From positions 64,001 to 128,000 of the IMG/VR virus record IMGVR_UViG_3300038301_000548: 64,000 bases of DNA. One strand, given 5' to 3'. Position 1 is the first letter of the stretch; each line of letters opens with the position of its first letter. The DNA comes from a virus. This document shows, piece by piece, positions 36,301-46,600 of this stretch. Below the pieces are notes generated by a model. The model did no database searches. It saw only the letters and a list, made by a program, of their open reading frames with translations, and was not told the origin of the DNA. The translations under genes were made by a program, and so were the position numbers.

Positions 36301-36511
36301 TCGCGGCGTTACGATATTCAGATCTCTGATGCGCTTCAGGAAACTCTTCTTCTTGTTGTCGTGGTTCAGCGGGGGTTTCCAAAGGCTGTGAACCTACTCC
36401 GTTGGCGTCGACGCAGCCGCCGTCGGCGCCCGGAACAAGTCCGTCTGGGCAGCCATTTTCTGCTTGTGGTTCCGGTAAATCTTCACACGGGTTTCTATCT
36501 ATGTTTGACAT
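33365..36511 (-). CDS. Large hypothetical protein (1048 aa), probably virion-associated
   Basis: ORF track; located within the baseplate block. Confidence 0.75.
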   Translation of the reverse strand: MSNIDRNPCEDLPEPQAENGCPDGLVPGADGGCVDANGVGSQPLETPAEPRQQEEEFPEAHQRSEYRNAANSEENAPSRDVNPEFSTATRDYTTVFNGSFANFDSITALSDRYDTPNHASNWLSYQPESIKHTVDKFRMAISNMWHRLPDNPLAPHLLNSIVGDPRNRHAFFSPEQNRDNNIPGEGNANVEPYTRIIRLDGRLNEAFYSKTPVRNSSEIKEKFRFIFPENLISSNPAIPATPIKFIPPNSDITRLQFLDVYMHGKRSENYEDFKQKFNDRSSELYSQGSIDFDKEFLDYTYITPAAFFEKELDGVLVSPSHSADLEVKIQNVEPITGLDYELNIPSAYEFYQAAITKRRIPNIDGPADIPNELANIENWINSVMSEYRNAIDMNLENNNLGFSSSQFHKFPSDRVARLEEVNKDIRKLAENYVEIKIKSRQGGHLSSILQSNRMDIIALEYLAPTPGTFLAEYLRINSTSADPRLSPEVRAAFAGPVPAPGYARGERLQPSPAPAPAPVDDLPDPQVPYAIDDGQRVTRILDDEFIGTNDNPTVSLTRNDKVRNNVPTTIYKNFDKLIHTLAEEADVSPQSRNIEDYPLHYAGWDNTEILRIEEAISSQIFLTQLNLACREHELQRSFADILYGRKAYSETIGYKIEKYRISKRVTQSQESGETQTTENEMLIQTFLLMDNNSIDRINFIDSQILPNQEYVYKIFTMNLVIGNKYNYSEEESEFYFSNPRFQSAINPFRNCFDLSVTSDRMILLNCAPFFEKKVSTKDRPPITPQVNFLPFNGIEDRYNILMDTNYGERLERPIIIKRDDRREISRMHKAETLSQGKNLLYRSDSLPEHFEIFQIDFEPKSYRDFEFGLNYKIPATGKTGLFKLEVEPNKFYYYTFRAHDSGGMSNPTEVYRVRMVSYQNGIFMEMDTYEMYQEPRKANIQFERFIHIKPNFSQSTVNFSQVLESIEADNFPNRVREQLGLREDKINSIEFQRSAPDIERVSLGNTPDAENLIWGKKFKIRVKSKATGKAVDFNISFTSKKLPNNESA

Positions 36512-36528
36512 TTCTTTTTAATACCTTT

Positions 36529-39500
36529 CTACCTTGTGTATCCGCCGAGTCGTGAGCCGATACTAGATTTAATTTGCCCTAGGCGCCCGGACACTTCAGC
36601 GTGATCATTGTCGGCTTGTTTGTCTATTACGATGCTGTTTACCAGCTGCGCGCCGCCAGTAGAGTCGGTTGTCACTTTTTTAATGATTATGCTAGTTGAA
36701 GAATCAGAACGCTTTGAGGTACCATCCAACCCACTAGTGCCGTCATACCTATGTTCGGTAACAACTGTTCCGACTCCAGCATGATTACTTTTGTAATTCC
36801 TAGTATTCTTAGCGCTTTTCTCCTGTGAGCTGTTCGAAGACGTGACCCTATCCCTGTATGTGGTTTTGTTCCTGGCTCGGGAATTAAGCTTGCCTGATGT
36901 CATTGTGAACATGACTGCCTTATACAAGGATCCCATTGCCTTCTTGGTTAGGAACATATCTTTGAATTTCTCTTCCATTTGATTCTCAAATTCCTTCCCG
37001 TCTTTTGCAGTGATTATTGAGTTGAAAACAGAAGTTTGCAAATCAGCATCCAATACTTCTCCTTTGAGTTTGGACTCGGCTGCATCGCTCTGTGAGATAT
37101 TCGTTACCTTTGAGAGAACAGAGCCAAAAGTGGCGCCGGAGTTGTAAAGTAACTCATCAAACTCTCTTAAGGAGATTTCTCCGGGGCGAGACTGGTAATG
37201 TCCAGTGCCCGTCTTAACTGCCTCAACAGCAGCAGCAACCTTTGAAGCCGCCACAGCGCTTCCGGCTGGGTCGTTCAAGTCTATGCCAGCGATGTGCCTC
37301 CTATTGAATGTGGGAGGAGGAAGTGGCGCGCCTGGAAAAAGATCTATGAGCCCGGGTTCGGAAACAATCTGGTCTGCAGAGAGAATAAAAAATTCACTTG
37401 GGATCCTAACAGTAGAATCTGGTAGAAGCTGTATTGAGCCGCGGCCAATATTATTTAAGATATCCGGATTTAGTGGAGGTGAAGCTTCAAATAAAACTTT
37501 AAATTTTGACGACGCGTCCACGCGTGAATTTGTTCTTGACTTGATTCGAATATAGCGATTTGGATATTCTGAGTTTTTTGATACATTCTTTTTTGCGCTA
37601 CCCAGGCTTAAGCTTCGGTGTCGTGCAAGAGTTGTTTCCCCAAAAATACCAGTCATGTTTTCATCTGCATCTTTTTCAAAAATCATTTCGCGGAAGCGCT
37701 CCTGTAGTCGCAGGCACAAGTTTAGAAAAAATGTCATATTATCTAGTGTTCCTGTTGCTGGCATGAGTGCGTGAGTAAAATCCTCTATTGGTCTCGAAGC
37801 CCCTTTCTTTGTGAGAGTGTACACTACCATGTTGTATAGTTCTGATAAATATCGAACTACATTGAAAAACTCGATGCGCCGGCCTCCGGGTGATGTGGCT
37901 GCTTTATATTCTGGAGTAAAATCATTTAAATGAAAGTTATAATTACCTTGAGCTTCTACTTCTGTATTTGGATCCGAAAATTGGTTTCCTATAAAGTACC
38001 CCGAGTGAGCAGGGTCTAAATAAGGTTGCGAAGCTTGTTTTATAAGATTTGAGAATTTGTCTATGTGTGCGCGGAAATCATCATGTAGCATTATTAAATA
38101 TAGTCTAATTCCATCTTCGGTTTCTATTTCCATACTATATTCAAATTTTCCAAAAGAATGGCTGCTGAATAAGTCGTAGTCTTTTAAACTGAAAGATTTC
38201 TTAACGCCATGGGGAGAATTTATTCTATCATCTATGATCTCTAAAGAAGCTACATCGTCAATTTGGTAAAGCTGTGACTCACCTGTATATTGGTTGTCTA
38301 AGTTAAGAGATGTTAGATATTTCTCTACCTGGTCTGTATCATAATTTTCGAAAGCACTAGTTGTAGCTCTGTTATTGCCGACTGCGTCGTTAGTGATTCT
38401 TTTTCTGTGAGCTTTCATTTGCCAGATAAAAGAGTAACCTAGAACTTGGTCAATAAATTGCTGGGATAAAGCCTGATTGGCAACGCCCGTCGGATTGTTT
38501 ACTTCCTCTCTATGGAAATCGAGTAGATACCCAAACTTAGAATTTGATCTTATTAGTTGCTCAAAGTTTAACAGAAACACACTAAGATAGTGGCCGCGGC
38601 CGGCGTCCCCACCAGGAACAATTGAGAATAAGTCTTCCGGGTCTACTGAGCAATCAAAGAGATTGGGGTTTTGGTTTTTTTGAGAATTTATTACTAACTC
38701 TTTAAGCACTCTATTATCTAATTTTGATATTTTTGCATACCTGGCTCGAGGATCAGCAAGCAGAGAGATGCCAGTGTCAGACAAGAGATTACTTAGCAGA
38801 TCTGGGCCTAATGTCAGGTTCCCATATGGTGATGCCGACCTACTCTCGTTTCCAAAGAATCCGGATTGCGATGAAGTGTATCCATCAAACTCGAAACTGA
38901 TGCTCCTTTCTATGAAAAAGTTTGATGAAACTTTCGTATTTCGAACAGTTCTCATTGTTAATTGTGACCGGTCGCTCATATCATGCCCGAAAGGACCTGT
39001 CATCCAACCTATGTAGCCGGATGGTCCGGGGGAGGCTGGGGAATGATAGTGTGTTGGGCCCGAATAGTACTCGCCTGATGACAGAGTGAATACTGATCTT
39101 GTTTTTGGGGCAACCAACCTGTTACCTTCTTTGACTAGGACCTGCTCATAAACTAGGGGCCCACCGATCTTGGTTAAGCTGCCAACAAATTCATGCATCA
39201 TAAAATCTTCACTTAAAGACTTTATATCAAGTTGACAGAACGCGAAGGCGTGTAAAGGAGCGTTAGAAGCTTCTGGTCGCTCCGGGTCAAAAACATCCTG
39301 TCGGCAGTCAACAGTTACATCAAAAGACATGTTATGCGATAAGTGGTTATCAGTTCCTATAATGTGAGGGATTTCGCCGGCAGTTAAAGGGTCTCGCGTG
39401 GCAGAGTCACTCTGGAGCAGCTCGAGCATATTGATTTTAGTGTGACCGTTTAGGCCATAACTTGGCCCCTTAAGAGTCATCTCCCAGTCGACTAGGCACC

Positions 39501-39765
39501 GGCGGTTTTGGGTTAAAAAATTAACCCTGTTCTGTGCATAGTATATATTTCTAGAAAAAATACCCGGGTCGCCTTGTAACAGAACTATATGAAAATCTAA
39601 ATATTTTATTAAATTTATGCCGGCTATGCCATTCCAAGAAGAAAAATCAAAACTTGCTGGGCGTTTTAATGAGCACTTGAAGCTTACTTTTCTGTTATCT
39701 ACAAAAATCTTATTTATTGTAAACTTAGGTATAACCTCCTGAAGGTAAGACTCTCGGACGGGCAT
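36529..39765 (-). CDS. Large hypothetical protein (1078 aa)
   Basis: ORF track; TAATG overlap with the upstream gene. Confidence 0.75.
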   Translation of the reverse strand: MPVRESYLQEVIPKFTINKIFVDNRKVSFKCSLKRPASFDFSSWNGIAGINLIKYLDFHIVLLQGDPGIFSRNIYYAQNRVNFLTQNRRCLVDWEMTLKGPSYGLNGHTKINMLELLQSDSATRDPLTAGEIPHIIGTDNHLSHNMSFDVTVDCRQDVFDPERPEASNAPLHAFAFCQLDIKSLSEDFMMHEFVGSLTKIGGPLVYEQVLVKEGNRLVAPKTRSVFTLSSGEYYSGPTHYHSPASPGPSGYIGWMTGPFGHDMSDRSQLTMRTVRNTKVSSNFFIERSISFEFDGYTSSQSGFFGNESRSASPYGNLTLGPDLLSNLLSDTGISLLADPRARYAKISKLDNRVLKELVINSQKNQNPNLFDCSVDPEDLFSIVPGGDAGRGHYLSVFLLNFEQLIRSNSKFGYLLDFHREEVNNPTGVANQALSQQFIDQVLGYSFIWQMKAHRKRITNDAVGNNRATTSAFENYDTDQVEKYLTSLNLDNQYTGESQLYQIDDVASLEIIDDRINSPHGVKKSFSLKDYDLFSSHSFGKFEYSMEIETEDGIRLYLIMLHDDFRAHIDKFSNLIKQASQPYLDPAHSGYFIGNQFSDPNTEVEAQGNYNFHLNDFTPEYKAATSPGGRRIEFFNVVRYLSELYNMVVYTLTKKGASRPIEDFTHALMPATGTLDNMTFFLNLCLRLQERFREMIFEKDADENMTGIFGETTLARHRSLSLGSAKKNVSKNSEYPNRYIRIKSRTNSRVDASSKFKVLFEASPPLNPDILNNIGRGSIQLLPDSTVRIPSEFFILSADQIVSEPGLIDLFPGAPLPPPTFNRRHIAGIDLNDPAGSAVAASKVAAAVEAVKTGTGHYQSRPGEISLREFDELLYNSGATFGSVLSKVTNISQSDAAESKLKGEVLDADLQTSVFNSIITAKDGKEFENQMEEKFKDMFLTKKAMGSLYKAVMFTMTSGKLNSRARNKTTYRDRVTSSNSSQEKSAKNTRNYKSNHAGVGTVVTEHRYDGTSGLDGTSKRSDSSTSIIIKKVTTDSTGGAQLVNSIVIDKQADNDHAEVSGRLGQIKSSIGSRLGGYTR

Positions 39766-40604
39766 TACTCAGTCCTCCTTCTTTCGGTGGTGCGGCGGTT
39801 TTCTGATGATTCTCTTATGCCTCTGTTAATCTCTCCATCGACGAGTATATCAAAATATTTAAATATCTTCTCTTCTGTGTCAAGGTTTACTAGGTGTTTG
39901 TCAGTACCTGATTCTACAATCTCAAAAACCTCCACTTCAAATTGGTTCACTGCATGGGATGAATTTAGTTCTGTCACATCTAAAATTATATCTTCGCGCT
40001 CGACGGTGATTTTTGAATCGTTCAAGAACCGTATTTCGTCAGAAGTAAGATCTATATAATATTCAGAATCAACTGCAAAAAACTCTATGTCATTTTCTTG
40101 AGAGTCATCCCTCTTTAAGGTATAACTAGCTGAAAAATTTAACTGTGGTATACTTTTAGTTATGCCTTTCGATGTTGTGGAATTTGATGAGCTTGTTATT
40201 TTACACTGTAACGCGTCGATTTGCAACTGAGGAGCCAACTGAGAAGAGAGAATGGTATTCTGCAGTTGGTATTTGAGCATTTTTTCAGAGTTTTCTATGT
40301 CTTGTGTTCTTTTTATCTCATTAAATACCACGGCTTCGCCGGTTTCAATCATTTCCGTTAGTTGATCATAGGTCTCTTCTAGGGACGTGACTGAATACTG
40401 AGTGCGAGGCCTTTGAGCTTCTTTCAGTCTTTCTTGTGACCTGTTTTGTTTTTCTAAAATATTTGCAGCTGATGCATTGTAAGTAATATCATCGTCGAAG
40501 AAACAATAATAGACTGGTTTGAAGCTCCCTCTGGACAAAAGATTCTTACCAAATTGCGTTAGTTGTATGTCTATAACTTCTTGTTTTTTATCAAAAAAAG
40601 CCAT
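39765..40604 (-). CDS. Hypothetical structural protein; N-terminus paralogous to 32206-33261
   Basis: MAFFDKKQEVIDIQLTQFGKNLLSRGSFK..Y.F.DDDITY vs MAFLDNSGDIILDAVLTDAGRQRLARGNFK..F..GDEEVNY. Confidence 0.7.
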   Translation of the reverse strand: MAFFDKKQEVIDIQLTQFGKNLLSRGSFKPVYYCFFDDDITYNASAANILEKQNRSQERLKEAQRPRTQYSVTSLEETYDQLTEMIETGEAVVFNEIKRTQDIENSEKMLKYQLQNTILSSQLAPQLQIDALQCKITSSSNSTTSKGITKSIPQLNFSASYTLKRDDSQENDIEFFAVDSEYYIDLTSDEIRFLNDSKITVEREDIILDVTELNSSHAVNQFEVEVFEIVESGTDKHLVNLDTEEKIFKYFDILVDGEINRGIRESSENRRTTERRRTE

Positions 40605-40623
40605 TAGATTTCCTCTTTTTTTA

Positions 40624-43600
40624 TCATTCTATGTAATTGTATAGGTCTATTTTAGCGTCTAACTTAACTAGTTCTACGAAGGAAAAGTAATCATATGGCC
40701 AGTTAAACTGCAGTTTAGAGTGCGCAAGATCATTCAGCCCGGGTAAATCCTTAGGAATTCCTGCAGGATTCCTAGAGTTTTTACTTTCTCTTAAGTATTC
40801 AATCGGGCTTCTGAAATTAGACTCTCGAGGATCAATTGAACGCTGTCGTATTTTCTCTAAGTTAGCTATGCCCCGTTGCTTAACTTTGAAAACTAACCAC
40901 CTAGTCTTATTTTTATCACCGATTGGGGAGAACAAGTTGTCAGTATTGTGTACAGGGCTCAAAGTTCTGCCATTTAGTTTTTCTGTGTTGAGATAGTGAC
41001 TAACATAGGATACATCATTGTGCGGCGTTATTCTTCCTTCAAATTCTTTATTCGGATAAGAGTACCTGGGCTTTGCTGTGCTACTGCTTGACGACGGGTA
41101 GAGATTTTGCCAAACATTAGCTAAGTCACTAGAATCCATTGAGGCTTTAAACTGGAAGAAATACATCATATATGGGTCAGTGCCTGATACAAGAAAATCC
41201 AGTTGAGGTGGTAGTATATACTCATCCATCATAAACAACTGATATTCTATAGCGTTAACAGGGGAGTCAGACATATAAGTTTGAGATTTTACTTCGTATC
41301 TTCTTAGCAGTTCTCTGTATTCTTCTAAGGTGCTGATGTGACTTGATATTGTCATCAAATCAAGTTCTCTTTTTATTTTATCAACATTGTCTCTCGCTTG
41401 CACATAGTAAGATCCCGGTGTTCTAGCAAAGTTAACAAATCTAACCTCGTTTTCAGACTCCTCATCTATAACATAAGGTATCGCTACAATTGCTTCCTTG
41501 AGAAGTTTCTTGTCTTCTAGAGCACCAAGCTTTCTTCTGTATTCATTGACTTTTGGAATAGCTTTTGTGCGAGATACAGTGTCTTCAGAATTGAACCCTA
41601 AAAGCTCTGCAAGACCGGGTTGGCCGTCTGCAGAAGGGACATCCTCTACTTTCAGGTAGTACCCCTTGGCTGAAGCAGGGCCGACGCTTGGAATCTTAGC
41701 ACCCTTTTGATGCCAGATCCCAGTGGAGGAAGTCAAGTACGGAGTGGTAGTTTTGCCTAGGCTTTGGGTATAGTAAGAATCCCAATACCGAGTCTTCCAT
41801 GGTGAGCCGGTTACAAAGTTGACAGAATTTGTTGACAGGTCCAAAGCAGAAGACGTCACGTTGGTAAAGTCTAATACCGGTGTTTCCCACTTTGTTTGTA
41901 TTACCCATCTTGAGAATCGATTATTCGCGTCGACCTGTTGAGTTGACTCAACATTTATATGCTCTGGATCTTCTACATTTGAAAGTAAGCCATCTCCAGA
42001 AAGGACCAGATTCATATTGTCAGTTTCTAATTCCACGCACATACCTAGGTTCAATGAGGCTGAAAGAGCCATGGCGTGCTTATAGTTTGTATTAGTTGTC
42101 GCATTATTTGGAACTGTGTGAAAATTATAATACTCAAAAGAGCAGCTAGATATTATCTCTTTTGCAAGATAGTCTCTGCTTTCGGTTGGAGTAAATGTTA
42201 TTTCCACATACGGGTCAGAATCCGGATCTAGAAAAGGAGGCACGTAAGGTGCATAGCCGTGGCTATGTAGGTTGCTCACCGTCGACTTGGTATAAGACTC
42301 TGATCCTACAGTGGCGGCGCCGCCGAATTGAGCTTCTTCTTCTACAATCAAATTCTCTAATGCATTATTCCCATATTCTATTGAGGTTCCCGAGTCTGCT
42401 CCCGGGGCGTCGTTGGTTTGAATCCTTATCTTGGCGCCGGTCCGGGTAACATCAAATGTTGTGGGCAGAAAAGTACCACCGTGAGCTGCAAGAAAAGCCG
42501 CCGCAAGATTATCTGCAGAAACACCATTCACGTTTATATACCTTTGGCTGTCACTTTGATGGCCTCCGGGGCTGAATGAAGCTGCACTACTATAAAAAAC
42601 ATAATCAACAACCTCATAGGGAGCGCCCAAACCAGCATCTTTTAGAGTAATGACCGGCATACTACCTGAGGCTGTTACACTGTCTAGATTAAAATTGGCA
42701 TTGGCGCCCGGGTTTTTAAAAGTTATTTCTACAAAATCACTTGTTGCTGATGAATTTGGTGTATACTTAACAAAATTAACTCCTGTGCCAGTATCATCAA
42801 CGGGTGGACCAAAAGCAGAATGGCGGTCATACATTACCGTATCTACATTTGTCAATCTTACTTTCATTTTGTTGACTGTTTCTTTTTGGAAAAATTGTTT
42901 TATTGGCTTAGATATAGCCGTTGATAGGTGCCCATCTTTCAAAAAGAAGTTGACGGTTTCTGCGGCAAAATTTTGCATGGCTAAAGTATAAGGCAGCATC
43001 TGCCTAGAAAAGTTCTCTGCGGTATTGTTCACATCTAAGCCCAGGTTTCTTGCCATGGCGTTGCGGTTTAAGGCGCCAAAAACAGCTGGGCGTTCTATTA
43101 CTCTATTCCAAAAAGAGTTGCCATATAATAAACTAGCACTCGGATGAGCTTCATTATCATAAATTGCAACCCTATGTATATTGACTGGGTTGAGTAAATC
43201 TTCAAATTCAATTCTATGGTGGATACTGCCTGAAAGTCTAGGGAGACCTCGGTCGGTGGTAGAATTTATCAAAGATCCAGTAACTGACGTAGTGCTTGGA
43301 ATCCCAAAAGTCACATGCTTTCTAACGATGTAGTTTGAAGGCGTGTTCTCCTGTGCTTGACTGAAGTCTGTTGCAAAAATTGGATAGTCTACAGCTGTGC
43401 CGGCCTTGATCGAGTTGAATAGTATGCCTGGGCCTGTGAAACATTTTTCTGCGCTATATCTCGCTGCTTTCGTTCTAAGGTTCAAGTACTTGTCAGCTTC
43501 ATCTCTCGAAATAGGGCCGTTGGGCAAGTACCTTATTGATAGGTCTTCCACATCTAGATAGTTTCTATTAAACATCTCTGCCAATTCCAAAGAGCGCTCA

Positions 43601-46600
43601 GCTGGGTAGAAGCCTCTGTATGGTAAGAATTTCATCGCTGCCTTGCATTTAAGAGTCAGACGCGTGGCCGTCAAGTCGTTCTCGTCAATTACTTCCTCTT
43701 GAACTAGTGAAAAATACTTTAGAAAATCACTATTCGAATAGGTCTTAAAGAATTGGCCATCGACGGAAATCTCTGCTGGAGAAGTATGGTTGACTGCCCC
43801 CGTTAAACTTAGGAAATCGTTTCCAAGGCTTGGGTACTCTCGGGCGCCAGATAGAACGTCTTCTACAAACTGGCTGATTCTAAACTCAGGAATTATTGAG
43901 TGGTCCTGTGCTATCAGCCTTATTGAATCAAAAGCATAATCTTTATAAGAATCGTAAAAAGGGCCTATCGTATTATCAGCTGCTTCCCACTTTGCCTCTC
44001 CAGCTAAATAAGTGTGCACACCATGAATTTGAGGTATTCTCCTGTTATATACTGTTGCGAAAGGAGGCGTCCCATATAGACCATTATAGCCCATAGCAAA
44101 AGTGCTAAAGTCATTTTGCAATATACCTTCGCCGCGGGTACCCTGGTCTCTACTGGCTAAGGCTGCAGAACCAGAAATAAAATAAGAGTTATTAACATTT
44201 GTTGGTTTTGCAGCAAAGTCCTTTCGAGAATCTAGTGGCCAAGTGCTAGCAGTTATATAGGCCGTAACGTCCAGTGTGCTATCATTGTCTGACTCTACAT
44301 CAACTGCATCGTATAACCCATAAAAAGACTTTTTATAATCGAGTTTGTTGTGGGATATAAAAGCTGGGAACGCAGTAACCTTTGTTGCAGTCAGCAGATT
44401 GTCGTTTCCAGACTTTTTATGCACAATATTTCCAGATAGTATTATGTTTCTACTATCCCTATTTGAGTTCCAAGACCAAAAATTGAAATTCTGCCTCTCT
44501 CGTGCGTCTTTCGTATAAGTGTTAACTTCTCTAGGGTATATCTTCTCTATATAATTAACCTCTATCAACTTTCGTTCTAAATTAGAGTTCTCTTCTATTA
44601 AAGTATTTAGAAAGTCCAAACTCTTGTGATCCACTCTTTCTTTAAACTTTATATCTCTTACCAGTTCCTCATTCGCAAAACAGCTAATATCGTTTTGGAA
44701 ACTTTCTTTGTAGCTGACGTGTCCAAAATAAATAAAAGGATTATTAATTTGGCCGGGTTGCATTTCGCGCTCACTGAGGTGTCCAGGGTGAGATATTGAT
44801 TCGTAATAGTAAGAATCTAAATTCCAAGAATTTTCTCTTAAAGTTTGCGTTAACTTCTTGGTTGCTTCCCGAATTTTAAAAAACTCTGGCATGCGTGGAT
44901 CGATGCCGCGGCCGAACTCAAAATCCTTAGAATCTCCCACGTTTCCGCGAGGAGCTTCGTGGCCGTGGATTGTTACTGTTATGGGTCGGAAGCGGTTTGT
45001 AACCATAATTTCTTTATAATTTTTTGTGATTCTGCTTTTCTGTACTTGACCAACAGAGTCTAGGCGGCGCGCCCGGTGATAAGCATCCTCAAAAGAGGTT
45101 CCTAATTTGTTCCATGAATATCCCTTGTTCATGCTTGGAGTCTCTGATGACTTTATTATAGAGCTTTCGCCGATGCCGGAATTCCCAACAAAAACTCTTG
45201 AAATTGTATTGGATTTTCGATGGGCTCTAGTGATTGGATGTTCATACCCTCTTATCTGTTTCCAGGAGGGCCAACCATAAGGACCCTGACGATGATGTAT
45301 CAGTGCGTTGAGAACAGCTGCAACACCGTAAGGGTTTACAGTATCTTCAGTGGCGTCGCCATGGGAATTGTTTATCGTTTCATTAACGTAGTTTGTTTCC
45401 ACTAATCCTAGGCCTGTGGTGGGTTTGTTGTACCATGTTAGTGAGTTATAACCTGCAGAATTTGAATTTAGGTCTATTGGTTCGTAAATAATTGTATTCA
45501 AGCCAACAAAATCTACCGGGATGAAATTCCCTAGAGTATGAAAACTTGAATGTAGTGCTGCGCCAAAGCTATGCCCAAAGGAAGAACCACCAACAACAGA
45601 GGTGTGGCTCCCAAGTGTACTTGCCGTGGCAAACAATATTGCCTCTTTTGACTTTAAGTAGCTACTAGCATCTGGTGCTGGCACTGAAAAGTTATGCTGG
45701 TGGCCTAGGCCTGAATTCTTGTTGACAAAATCAAATTTATCATTCGTTGCGCTAGATATAATCCAAGAATATCCAAAATCATTTTGTGGTATAGGGTGCT
45801 GAATAAAAGTGTTATCCGGTCTGGACATCTCTCCGGATGATCCAGTATAATAGAAGTAGTTCCGGTTAGTCATGTGAACAGAAGCCTGAGTAGAGGACCC
45901 GGATCTTATCCCGAACTGCTTAGAATGTTCTTTTTCCAACAAAGCTAATGGTTGCCGGACAGATAAGTTTCGATAATTGATTGAATTGTATATTGAGTAC
46001 TCTTCTGATTCCTTATCTCTTCCGTAAGCTGCTTGGGTTTCTGGTGCGCCAGGAGAAGAGAATCGATTTACAATAATATGCTCGGACCTAGGTCGCGTGG
46101 GTACCTTGTAATCTACTATATCCAAAAGCTGATTTGCGGTCTTTGGTGTTATAACCAGGCTACCTGTGTCTGCAATCATGCGGTTGTTTAAATTTCTTCC
46201 GCTTGTTAGAACTATCTCATAATTCTTATCATAATTTCCCAAAGATTTTCTGTTTATATCAGTTTTAATATTTCTTATGTTATAAAAAGCGTTCGGACCT
46301 CGAGTGAAGACCGACTTTACACCAGTATGCTGTTTAAGGGTGAATTTAGTATTTGAAGCAGTAAGTATGAAAGCTTCGGGGCGTTCTTTATCTATAGTGC
46401 CTAGCTTGACATTCCGATGGGGCATGCCTCCGACGTTTTCTCTTATAAACGGACTTTGTAAAGATGGAGAGTGATCATCATGCAAATTAGTGATTGATAA
46501 ATTATCTTTAAAATTTGAGAAATCCGTGCCGGCTGATGAGCTGTAAAAAGTGAAGGGCATCATGAGATCGGAATCCATATCTAAGTATCCGTCTGTGCCT

